From: Planctomycetales bacterium
GTDB lineage: Bacteria; 4484-113; JAFGCY01
Direction of reading: 5' to 3'
Length of the DNA stretch: 32,000 nt
NCBI GenBank assembly: GCA_022646745.1
Contig: CP060262.1
Location: forward strand, 2,730,001-2,762,000
This document shows positions 8,138-16,299 of this stretch, piece by piece. The position numbers and the translations under genes were made by a program. How positions within the stretch are numbered: the stretch's first letter is position 1; every line of letters starts with the position of its first letter. The notes under the pieces were generated by a model that was not told where the DNA came from, searched no databases, and was given only the letters and a program-made list of their open reading frames with translations.

Positions 8138-9433
8138 ATGCGCATTGCACCAGTGCTGTTCGTCGTATTCCTGATAGCTTCCTGCAACCAGCAGGAACAG
8201 GCCCCGCCTGAGGCCAAGCGTGTCTACGGCTATCCGCAGGCTGAATCCAGCTGGCTGGATACCTCCGGTCGCCTCTACACCGAGCGCCGTGCGGTCAGTC
8301 CGGATGGCGTGGACATCCGCGCTGCGGCCTACCAGATCAGCGGGGAGGACCTGCAACTGGTTTTGCAGCTTCGCAACTATGATGCGCGAGTGCCGGACTC
8401 CCCTGACAACCAGTGGCTGGTGCAGGCTGAAGTGTTTGACAAGGTAGCGGAGGATGTCGAGCTGCCGGATGGGCAGGTGCCCGTGCGCATGCTGCCGACG
8501 CCCGACCACCAGCAGGTGCTGCTGCAGACCGCCATACCGGATGCTGATGGGCGGGTCTCCGACCAGAACACACATCTGCTGCTGCTGGATGCACAGGGAG
8601 AGTCATCTCCGATCTCCGGTGCTGATTCGCTCTACCCGGCGCAGTTCACGGATTCAGGCTCGCTTGAGTGCTGGACCGTCAATGCCCTGCAGCTGGACCG
8701 CGGCCTGCTGCACAGCACCCGCAAGCTTGGCGATGGCGCAAGCTGGATCAACCTGGATGGATCAGAAGCCACTGCTCCCCCATCCTGGATGAAGGTCAGT
8801 GCGGATCCGGTCAGCCCGGCGCGCAGCATGGTCAGCTACTACGTTGATATCGCTGGCAACGCACTGCCAGAAGATGTGGAATGGAACTTCCCCTACCACA
8901 TGTCCTATTCCTCCGAGAGCTGGCTGCCGCCACTGTTCCGCTTGCCGGGAGGCAGGCTGGCAACGCTGTTGTTCCAGCCGGATGCACGCGGGCCTTCGCA
9001 ACGTGCCAACTACAACGGCATCTTCCGGCTTGCCACGCTTGACCCGGACAGTGGCACGGTCAACATCCTGCATGAGGACATCCCTCCGAAGCTGACCATC
9101 CTCGAACAGGATGGCGTGCTGTTCTACTGCTGCCCGACAGATGGCGAGGAAAGCGTGCGCTGGGAGATCTGGGCCACGGACGTGTCAGGCCTGAACAAGC
9201 GCATGCTGTTCACATCTGATGACTCCATCTACATCAACCTGGCTGACGTCGCTGGGCAGCGGTTGCTGTTCTTCCGCCAGTACTTCGCCCGCGAGGACAC
9301 CGCTCCCGTACTGTTCAGCGAACTGCAGGAAGTGTCAACCGAGGGGCTGGGCCGTGGGCTCGTTCAGCTGGAATCACGCCTCGGCGGCATGGCTGACGGG
9401 ATTGACAGCGGCATCCCGCCGATCAGCTTCTAG
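8138..9433 (+). CDS. Hypothetical lipoprotein
   Basis: The N-terminus MRIAPVLFVVFLIASC has an LIASC lipobox. I recognised no conserved family motif. Coding potential is supported by length and by the compact spacing to neighbouring genes. Confidence 0.6.
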   Translation: MRIAPVLFVVFLIASCNQQEQAPPEAKRVYGYPQAESSWLDTSGRLYTERRAVSPDGVDIRAAAYQISGEDLQLVLQLRNYDARVPDSPDNQWLVQAEVFDKVAEDVELPDGQVPVRMLPTPDHQQVLLQTAIPDADGRVSDQNTHLLLLDAQGESSPISGADSLYPAQFTDSGSLECWTVNALQLDRGLLHSTRKLGDGASWINLDGSEATAPPSWMKVSADPVSPARSMVSYYVDIAGNALPEDVEWNFPYHMSYSSESWLPPLFRLPGGRLATLLFQPDARGPSQRANYNGIFRLATLDPDSGTVNILHEDIPPKLTILEQDGVLFYCCPTDGEESVRWEIWATDVSGLNKRMLFTSDDSIYINLADVAGQRLLFFRQYFAREDTAPVLFSELQEVSTEGLGRGLVQLESRLGGMADGIDSGIPPISF

Positions 9434-10476
9434 CTGATCCCCATGTCGTAGGCATCGGGATAGAACGCAGTGTTCTGCTCGCCTTCGACCATCACCATCT
9501 TGTTGATGCGCGTGCCATCGGCAACGCTTACACCAGGCCCGATGATGCAGTCGGTCAACTGGCAACGCTCTCCGACTTCAGCTCCCGGCAAGAGGATCGT
9601 GTTCTGCAGGCGGCTCTCGCTGCCGATCCGGCTGCGGGCCATTGCGATCACGCGGTGGAACAGGTCGACACCCTTGCCAAGCTCCACGCTGTCGTGCATG
9701 TAGACCATGTCCTTGAACAGTGCGAAGTCCTCCCGGCCGGCCCATAGTGCATTGTCACCATATGTGTAGCGGCCGGCCACCAGTGCGAAATTGGCCCGGA
9801 AGTAACTCTCGAAGGTGCCGATGTCCTCCCACATCCGTTCGTGCGGGAAGTGCGTCAGCGCTCCGTGCAGGTCGATCAGTTGCGGGAATGTCTCGCGCTC
9901 AATGCTGACCTTGCGGTCCGTCGGGATCGAATTGACGACGGATGGCTCAAGCACGTAGATGCCGGCATTGATGAAGTGCTTGCCCTCGTCATCCAGCTGG
10001 CCCTCCGGTTTCTCGGTGAACCCGGTGATGGCGTTGCCTTCCACCTGCAGCAGGCCGTAGCGTGAAGGGTCCTTCACGCTGTATCCCACCAGCGTGGCCG
10101 GACGGCCGCCGGCCTCATGCGCCGCGATCACTTCCGTGATGTCAACATCGCTGATGATGTCCGCATTGAGCACCACCAGCCTGTCATTGTCCACGAGTTC
10201 CGCGGCGTTGCCGATTGCCCCGGCAGTGCCGAGCGGCTCATCCTCGAGGCTGATTGCGAACTCCAGCCCGCCGCTGTAGCCGTCCACATACTCCGCCAGC
10301 TGGTCCACAAGGTGCCCGGCGGCGAGGATGATCTGCGTCACCCCGGCGCGCGCCAGCTGGCCGACCTGGTAGTTGAGCACCTCGCGGTCGACAAGCGGCA
10401 TCAGTGACTTGGCAATGTGTTTGTTGAGCGGGCTGAGGCGCGTAGCCTGCCCTCCGATCAGCAGCAGTGCTTTCAT
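9430..10476 (-). CDS. Sugar-phosphate nucleotidyltransferase (mannose-1-P guanylyl-/glucose-1-P thymidylyl-transferase-like) with a C-terminal left-handed beta-helix
   Basis: The N-terminal MKALLLIGGQATRLSPL matches the GGxGTRLxPL motif. The C-terminal region looks like hexapeptide repeats. Confidence 0.8.
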   Translation of the reverse strand: MKALLLIGGQATRLSPLNKHIAKSLMPLVDREVLNYQVGQLARAGVTQIILAAGHLVDQLAEYVDGYSGGLEFAISLEDEPLGTAGAIGNAAELVDNDRLVVLNADIISDVDITEVIAAHEAGGRPATLVGYSVKDPSRYGLLQVEGNAITGFTEKPEGQLDDEGKHFINAGIYVLEPSVVNSIPTDRKVSIERETFPQLIDLHGALTHFPHERMWEDIGTFESYFRANFALVAGRYTYGDNALWAGREDFALFKDMVYMHDSVELGKGVDLFHRVIAMARSRIGSESRLQNTILLPGAEVGERCQLTDCIIGPGVSVADGTRINKMVMVEGEQNTAFYPDAYDMGIS

Positions 10477-11585
10477 GTGGCGCTGTTCCTCCGGTCGATC
10501 AGCATGCAGTCCCCGTAACTGAAGAAGCGGTAGCGCTGCTCGACGGCATGATTATAGACCCGTTGCATCAGCTCTTCGCCGCCAAAGGCATAGACGAGCG
10601 CCAGCAGTGTCGACTTCGGCAGGTGGAAATTCGTCAGCAGCAGGTCAGCAGCGACGGTTGGCTGGCCGGGGTAGATGAATGTATGCGTGCTGCCATGTAG
10701 CGTCACCGCATCCGGCTGCGGCATGCGCCCTTCGCTGACAATGGTGTGCAGCACCCGCAGGCTCGTCGTGCCGACCGCCATCACCGGCCGGCCGGCCTTC
10801 AGCGCACTGAGGTGTTCCAGCACGACAGGCAGTTCGACGGAGAAGTCCTCGCCGTGCATGCTGTGCTGTGCCAGGTCATCCACCCGCAGGGGCGCGAATG
10901 TGCCCATCCCGACATGCAGGGTCACGAAGCGGATTGCATGCCCATTGCCGCGCAGTTCAGCGAGCATCGCATCGTCAAAATGCAGGCCTGCGGTCGGCGC
11001 GGCGACTGACCCGCGGTCCTGTGCATATACGGTCTGGTAGCGCTCGCGGTCATCGCCGGATTCCTCATCCGGATTGCTCGTGTCCCTGTGGATGTATGGC
11101 GGCAGCGGCATGATGCCGTTGCGGTCCAGCCAGGCGTGCAGCTCCGCAGTGTCAACCACGGCACCAGCAGCGTTCATGATCCGCACCAGGCTGCCATCCA
11201 GCTGCTTCGGTTCCAGCAGTTCACATTGCCAGCCCTCCGGCAGCACCAGCATTTCACCGGCGGGCAGGGGGGCGCGGCTCTTCATCAACACCCGGTAGAC
11301 ATGCTGCCGTTCACGTCCGTGGTACAGCACTTCAACCCTGCCACCGCTTTGACGCCTGCCGTATGTCCTTGCCGGTATGACCCGGCTGTTGTTCATCACG
11401 ATCAGGCTGCCCTCAGGCAACAGGCCCGGGAGGTCTGCAAATGAGCGGTCGCTGAAGCTGCCATTGGCAACGTCCACGTGCAGCAGGCGGGAGGCCCGGC
11501 GCTCAGTGGCGGGATGTTGCGCGATCAGTTCCGGCGGGAGTGCATACTCCAGCCGGCTGGTGGGGTAGGACGGGCGCCCTGCCAT
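10473..11585 (-). CDS. queA: S-adenosylmethionine:tRNA ribosyltransferase-isomerase
   Basis: The N-terminal Y.LPPELIAQHP...R..SRLL signature is present. Conserved PLPPYI, TAGLHF and GTTS.R blocks are also present. Confidence 0.93.
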   Translation of the reverse strand: MAGRPSYPTSRLEYALPPELIAQHPATERRASRLLHVDVANGSFSDRSFADLPGLLPEGSLIVMNNSRVIPARTYGRRQSGGRVEVLYHGRERQHVYRVLMKSRAPLPAGEMLVLPEGWQCELLEPKQLDGSLVRIMNAAGAVVDTAELHAWLDRNGIMPLPPYIHRDTSNPDEESGDDRERYQTVYAQDRGSVAAPTAGLHFDDAMLAELRGNGHAIRFVTLHVGMGTFAPLRVDDLAQHSMHGEDFSVELPVVLEHLSALKAGRPVMAVGTTSLRVLHTIVSEGRMPQPDAVTLHGSTHTFIYPGQPTVAADLLLTNFHLPKSTLLALVYAFGGEELMQRVYNHAVEQRYRFFSYGDCMLIDRRNSAT

Positions 11586-12931
11586 CAGATCATCGGCGGA
11601 GCACCGGCCTCCGGGGGAGTCAGGATCGAGGCATGCGGCATGTACTTGTGCAGCACTTCCGGCAGCACCACGTTGCCAACCTCATTCTGGTAGGTCTCCA
11701 GCACCGCGATCATCAGGCGCGGCAGCGCCAGCCCGCTGGCGTTCAGCATGTGCGGGAACAGCGGCTTGCCGCCCGGCTCACTGCGGTAGCGGATGTTGGC
11801 CCGGCGGGACTGCCAGTCGGTTGTCAGGCTGGCCGAACTGACCTCTCGCCAGGCCTGCTCACCGGGGCACCACACCTCAAGGTCATATGTCTTCGCGCTG
11901 CCGAATGCCATGTCGCCCGAGGGCAGCACGATGCGGCGGTAGGCCAGGCCCAGCACCTCGAGGATGTGCTCCGCATCCGCGGTGATCTCCTCCAGCTGCT
12001 TCAGCCCATCCTCCGGGTCGCAGATGCGCACCAGCTCCACCTTCTCGAACTGGTGCAGCCTCGTCAGGCCCTTGGCATCCTTGCCGTAGCTGCCGGCCTC
12101 CACGCGCCAGCAGGGGCTGTAGGCCATGAACTTGATCGGGAAGCTCGGCTGCTCGAGGATCTGCTCGCGGTAGTAGTTGACAACCGGCACCTCGGCGGTC
12201 GGGATCAGGTAGTAGTGCGGCCCGCCTTCCCCATCTTCCTCATTCAGCTTCTTGTCGACGTAGACGTGGTACATCTCGCTGCCGAACTTCGGCAGCTGGC
12301 CTGTGCCCAGCGGGCTGCGCGGGTGCACCATGAAGGGCACACGCAGTTCCGTGTAGCCATGGCGCAGCACGTGGATGTCACTCATCAGCATGATCAGCGC
12401 ACGCTGCAGCACGGCACCGTTGCCATGCATCACCGGGAAGCCGCTGCCCGTGATCCGTGACCCGGCCTCGAAGTTGGCGAGGTGCAGGTTCTGGCACAGC
12501 TCCATGTGGTCGCGGGCCGGATAACTGAACTGCTTCGGCTCACCGACCAGCTTGATCTCAACCTGGTTGCCCTCGGGTCCGACCGGGATGGACGGGTCGG
12601 GGAAGTTCGGCAGCCCGAGCAGGATCTCCTCCTCCTCGTCAGCCAGCATCCCGTGCTGGGCCTCCAGCTGCTCGATGCGCGCGTTGACCGTGCGCGTATA
12701 GCTCTTGCGGTCCTCGGCCTCGGCCTTGCGGCCTTCCTTCATCAGCTGGCCGATCTCCTTGCTCGCACTGTTGCGTTCGCTGCGCAGCTCATCAAGCTCG
12801 GTCTGCTGCCGGCGGCGCTCCACGTCAATCTCGAGGAAGCGGTCGATCTTGCGCGCGAACTCCTCGCCACGCGTGGCAAGGCTCTGCCGGGCGATCTCCG
12901 GGCATTCCCTCAGGTACTTTCTGTCATGCAT
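11585..12931 (-). CDS. serS: Seryl-tRNA synthetase
   Basis: There is an N-terminal coiled-coil arm. The class II core has PTAEV, F.KVE and GSG.A..R-type blocks (NASGLALPRLMIAVLE). Confidence 0.95.
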   Translation of the reverse strand: MHDRKYLRECPEIARQSLATRGEEFARKIDRFLEIDVERRRQQTELDELRSERNSASKEIGQLMKEGRKAEAEDRKSYTRTVNARIEQLEAQHGMLADEEEEILLGLPNFPDPSIPVGPEGNQVEIKLVGEPKQFSYPARDHMELCQNLHLANFEAGSRITGSGFPVMHGNGAVLQRALIMLMSDIHVLRHGYTELRVPFMVHPRSPLGTGQLPKFGSEMYHVYVDKKLNEEDGEGGPHYYLIPTAEVPVVNYYREQILEQPSFPIKFMAYSPCWRVEAGSYGKDAKGLTRLHQFEKVELVRICDPEDGLKQLEEITADAEHILEVLGLAYRRIVLPSGDMAFGSAKTYDLEVWCPGEQAWREVSSASLTTDWQSRRANIRYRSEPGGKPLFPHMLNASGLALPRLMIAVLETYQNEVGNVVLPEVLHKYMPHASILTPPEAGAPPMI

Positions 12932-13163
12932 CCAGGTAACCTATGACGTCTCCGGTATGGACCTCGCCATCCGAGACGGTGATTTCAGCCAGCTTGCCCT
13001 CGGCCTGGGCCTCGCAGACCACATTCGCCTTGTCCAGCTCGACCTCAAACAGGTCCTCATCGAGCGTGACGCTCTCGCCGACCGACTTCAGCCAGGCGGC
13101 GAACCTGATCTTCTCACTCTTCATTCCGCCCATGTCGGGCACACGGATCTCAATCCTGCTCAT
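12924..13163 (-). CDS. Stand-alone lipoyl-attachment (biotinyl/lipoyl swinging-arm) domain protein
   Basis: The 79-aa product (IEIRVPDMG...[13 protein letters not shown]...G.L.EI.V..G....GDVIGYL) matches the E2-type lipoyl domain with the modifiable Lys in the DKA motif. The start overlaps the upstream stop (ATGA) and the stop overlaps the serS start (ATGCATGA). Confidence 0.7.
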   Translation of the reverse strand: MSRIEIRVPDMGGMKSEKIRFAAWLKSVGESVTLDEDLFEVELDKANVVCEAQAEGKLAEITVSDGEVHTGDVIGYLDA

Positions 13164-13609
13164 CCTTCCTCCAGGTCCCGCTGGCGTGACTCGGCCAGAC
13201 TGCGCACCAGCGCGATGATCTCCTCTGTACTGGTACCTGGCCCGAGCACCTCAGTGACCCCCTGCTCACGCAGGTTTGCGGCATCCGCATCCGGGATGAT
13301 CCCGCCGGCCAGCACCGGAATGTCATCCAGCTGCTGCTCCCGCATACCCTCGAGGATGCGCGGGATCAGCGTCATATGCGCCCCGCTCAGGATGGACAGG
13401 CACAAAACGTCCGGGTCCTCCTGGCGGCAGGCGGCGATGATCTTCTCCGGGGTCTGGTGCAGGCCGGTGTAGATCACCTCGATCCCGGCATCCCGCAGCG
13501 CACGTGCGATCACGCGCGCTCCACGGTCATGCCCGTCAAGGCCGGGCTTGGCCACGATCACACGAATGCTTGCGCTGGAAGCCTGCACGGACGGGATTTT
13601 ATCATTCAT
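13160..13609 (-). CDS. Methylmalonyl-CoA mutase-type cobalamin-binding small subunit (B12-binding domain only)
   Basis: It has the DxHxxG motif ([15 protein letters not shown]) and MCM C-terminal-like strings ([29 protein letters not shown]). Confidence 0.85.
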   Translation of the reverse strand: MNDKIPSVQASSASIRVIVAKPGLDGHDRGARVIARALRDAGIEVIYTGLHQTPEKIIAACRQEDPDVLCLSILSGAHMTLIPRILEGMREQQLDDIPVLAGGIIPDADAANLREQGVTEVLGPGTSTEEIIALVRSLAESRQRDLEEG

Positions 13610-13664
13610 CCGCGCAGCTCAGTCTGAATGCGGGCTGAGACGGATGTTTATCGGCGAAAATTCA

Positions 13665-13693
13665 TTGACATGCCCGGATTGTTCTGATATATT
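13665..13693 (+). promoter_or_regulatory. Near-consensus sigma70-type promoter for infC-rpmI-rplT
   Basis: TTGACA (13665-13670), a 17-nt spacer ending in TGa, then TATATT (13688-13693). The SD GAGGAG (13715-13720) lies downstream. Confidence 0.6.
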
Positions 13694-13728
13694 CTTAGGC
13701 TCGATAATCACACCGAGGAGAATTCTAC

Positions 13729-14247
13729 ATAGCTGAGCATAGGGTAAACCGGCAGATCAGGGCCCGCGAGGTCCTGCTGATTGACCAGAATGGCGAAAAG
13801 AGGGGCGTAGTTCCTATCCAGGAAGCCCTGACAGTCGCGCAGGAAGCTGGTCTCGATCTGGTTGAAGTGGCCGGCAATGCGAATCCTCCGGTGTGCAAGG
13901 TCCTGGACTACGGGAAGCTTTCCTATCAGTCCAAGAAGAAGAAGCAGGTCGCTGCGAAGGGGAAGACCGAACTCAAGGAAATCTCCTTCTCTATGAAAAT
14001 CTCGGACCACGACATCGAGACGAAAATGAAGAAGGCCAGGCAGCTGGTCGAGAAGGGGCACAAACTGCGCTTCAACCTGATCCTCAGGGGCAGGGAGAGG
14101 GCCTATGCAGATACGAAGGGACTGGAGCAGCTTGACAAGCTGACCTCCAGGATCGCCGATATCTGCGTGGTCGAACAGAAGAGCAAGGGCATGATCGGCA
14201 ACAGGTTGTATGCGATCCTGTCCCCGCTCAAGAAAGTCGCGCAATAG
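13729..14247 (+). CDS. infC: Translation initiation factor IF-3, predicted non-canonical ATA start
   Basis: The IF-3 N-domain (VNRQIRAREVLLIDQNGEKRGVVPIQEALTVAQEAGLDLVEVAGNANPPVCKVLDYGK) is encoded upstream of the first ATG (13867), in a frame open from 13708. The only near-cognate codon correctly spaced (8 nt) after the SD GAGGAG is ATA at 13729. Confidence 0.85.
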   Translation: MAEHRVNRQIRAREVLLIDQNGEKRGVVPIQEALTVAQEAGLDLVEVAGNANPPVCKVLDYGKLSYQSKKKKQVAAKGKTELKEISFSMKISDHDIETKMKKARQLVEKGHKLRFNLILRGRERAYADTKGLEQLDKLTSRIADICVVEQKSKGMIGNRLYAILSPLKKVAQ

Positions 14248-14282
14248 GTGCAACGCTGTCAGCCTCGATTTGGAGTAATTAG

Positions 14283-14489
14283 ATGCCGAAGATGAAGACA
14301 CACAAGGCGACTGTAAAGCGCCTGAAGGTTAGTGGCTCCGGAAAGCTTATGCATAAGCAGTCCGGTATCGGCCACATCCTTTCCAAGAAGAGCAAGAAGC
14401 GCAAGCGCAAGCTTGCGATCCTGAAGCCGGTGGCTGCCTGTGACACCCCCCGTTTCAAGAAGCTTATCTCCCCGGGAGGTAAGATCTGA
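14283..14489 (+). CDS. rpmI: 50S ribosomal protein L35
   Basis: MPKMKTHKATVKRLKVSGSGKL... is a typical L35 sequence. The SD GGAG (14272-14275) precedes it. Confidence 0.95.
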   Translation: MPKMKTHKATVKRLKVSGSGKLMHKQSGIGHILSKKSKKRKRKLAILKPVAACDTPRFKKLISPGGKI

Positions 14490-14836
14490 TGACAAGGGCA
14501 AAGACAGCAGTCGCCAGCCGTCGCAGACGCAAGCGCATTTTGAAGATGGCATCAGGCTTCCGCGGAACCCGCAGACGCCTTTACCGTGCCGCCAAGCAGG
14601 CCGTCTGGCACGCCCTGCGTTATGCCTACATCCACCGCCGTACTCGCAAGCGTGAGTTCCGCGCCCTGTGGATCGCCCGCATCAACGCCGCCAGCCGTGC
14701 CAATGGCGTGACCTACAGCCGCCTGATGAGCGGTCTGAAGAAGAACAACGTGCAGATCAACCGCAAGGTACTTGCCGAGATCGCCGCGCGTGACCCCCAG
14801 GCCTTCAGCGAGATCGTGAACGTCGCCAAGGCCTGA
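14489..14836 (+). CDS. rplT: 50S ribosomal protein L20
   Basis: MTRAKTAVASRRRRKRILK.A.GFRG... is a typical L20 sequence. The start overlaps the rpmI stop (TGATG). Confidence 0.95.
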   Translation: MTRAKTAVASRRRRKRILKMASGFRGTRRRLYRAAKQAVWHALRYAYIHRRTRKREFRALWIARINAASRANGVTYSRLMSGLKKNNVQINRKVLAEIAARDPQAFSEIVNVAKA

Positions 14837-14856
14837 TCAACTCAGCCACACCAGCA

Positions 14857-14886
14857 GGATCCGGGATTTCCCGGATCCTTTTTTTT
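14857..14886 (+). terminator. Rho-independent terminator of the infC-rpmI-rplT operon
   Basis: A 9-bp perfect stem, ggatccggg (14857-14865) pairing with cccggatcc (14870-14878), has loop attt and is followed by T8 (14879-14886). Confidence 0.9.
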
Positions 14887-14904
14887 GCGGAATTGCCGCC
14901 CGGG

Positions 14905-14910
14905 TAGAAT
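14905..14910 (+). promoter_or_regulatory. -10 box TAGAAT 6 nt upstream of the trkA ATG; candidate leaderless promoter
   Basis: The sequence reads TAGAAT-acgtca-ATG(14917). There is no SD. Confidence 0.4.
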
Positions 14911-14916
14911 ACGTCA

Positions 14917-16299
14917 ATGCGAATCGTGATCATCGGCGCCGGTGAAGTCGGAGCCTATCTGGCCAGGTACCTGGTCACCGAGAACCACGACATCTCGCTG
15001 ATCGACAACAACGCCGAGCGCGTCCAGCACATCAACGACCACCTCGACATCGAGACCCTGCTCGGCAGCGGTACCAGCGTGGACGACCTGCAGAAGGTCG
15101 AAGTCGGGAGTGCTGACCTGCTGCTGGCGATCAGCAACAACGATGAGGTCAACATGCTGGCCTGCCTGTTCGGCAGGAAAATGGGCGTCAGGAGCGCCGT
15201 GGCCCGCATCGACAACCCGGACGTGATCACCGGCCACCCGCTGTTCTACCGTGAGCACCTCGGCATCGACATGATCATCAATCCGCCGATGCTCACCGCT
15301 TCCGAGGCCACAGCCCTGATCACCCCCGGCGCTGGCAGCGGCATCGCGGAGTTCGGCTATGGCCGGCTCTACCTCCGTCCATTTGAAGTTGAATCGGGCA
15401 GCCCGTTCACGCGCAAACCGATCAAGGACCTGCGGATGCCCGGTGCACTGGTAGCCGCCCTGATCCGCGACGGTGAAGTGATGATCCCCAGCGGCGAGGA
15501 CGTCATCCAGGCGCATGACCGGATCTTCGTGATCTGCAAGCGTGAGGCGATTCCCTATGTGCAGAAGGGCGTCGGTGAGCACAGCGATGCCATCAAGCAC
15601 ATCGTGATCGTCGGCGGCGGCAAGATCGGGGCTGCGATAGCGCACTACTTCGACGTGCCACGCTACAGGGTCAAGCTGTTCGAGGACAACCGCAGCAGGG
15701 CCTGGGAACTCACCGAGGAGCTGATGCACGTCAAGGTGATTGACAGCGACGGTGGTGACATCGACGTGCTGCGCGAAGAGTACCTCGATGCAACGGACGC
15801 ATTCGTGGCCTGTACCGGCAGTGACGAGAAGAACATCATGACCGCGCTGATGGCCAAGGAGAATGGCGTTGAGCGCAACATTGCCATCGTTGACAAGCCG
15901 CAGTTCGCTGAGATCGGCCCAAAGCTCGGCCTGACCGCCACCCTGGCCCCGCGCATCCTCGCGGCTTCCCAGGTGCTGCGATTCACACGCGGCGGCAATG
16001 TCAATAGCGTCTCCCTGATCCATGAGGGCCAGGCCGAGGTGATTGAGTTCGTGGCCGGGCAGCACAGCAAGCTGATCAACACCCCGCTGATGAACCTCAA
16101 GCTGCCCCGCGGCATCCTGATCGGCGCCATCATCAACGGCAACCGCGCCCTGATCCCCGGTGGACAGGACATGATCAGCCCCGGAGACTCCGTCGTGATG
16201 CTTGCGCTGCATGAGCGGATCCCCTACGTTGAGAGCCTGCTGAAGTTCGAGGACGTGGTCGAGCTGGCCGAGCCCCTTGATGCGGAGCCCGCCACGTGA
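14917..16299 (+). CDS. trkA: Trk potassium uptake system, NAD-binding peripheral subunit
   Basis: The N-terminal MRIVIIGAGEVG Rossmann motif is repeated at ~aa 227 (IVIVGGGKIG). This two-fold RCK-N/RCK-C organisation over 460 aa is typical of TrkA. Confidence 0.9.
   Translation: MRIVIIGAGEVGAYLARYLVTENHDISLIDNNAERVQHINDHLDIETLLGSGTSVDDLQKVEVGSADLLLAISNNDEVNMLACLFGRKMGVRSAVARIDNPDVITGHPLFYREHLGIDMIINPPMLTASEATALITPGAGSGIAEFGYGRLYLRPFEVESGSPFTRKPIKDLRMPGALVAALIRDGEVMIPSGEDVIQAHDRIFVICKREAIPYVQKGVGEHSDAIKHIVIVGGGKIGAAIAHYFDVPRYRVKLFEDNRSRAWELTEELMHVKVIDSDGGDIDVLREEYLDATDAFVACTGSDEKNIMTALMAKENGVERNIAIVDKPQFAEIGPKLGLTATLAPRILAASQVLRFTRGGNVNSVSLIHEGQAEVIEFVAGQHSKLINTPLMNLKLPRGILIGAIINGNRALIPGGQDMISPGDSVVMLALHERIPYVESLLKFEDVVELAEPLDAEPAT

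Noticed and set aside
13610-13664. A cobalamin riboswitch upstream of the B12-binding-domain gene.
   Set aside because: Only about 55-120 nt of non-coding sequence is available, and no B12-box-like conserved core was recognisable. The region is too short for this riboswitch class.
13708-14301. A 197-aa minus-strand ORF spanning the infC region.
   Set aside because: It is fully antisense to infC, whose IF-3 identity is clear. It has no recognisable motifs.
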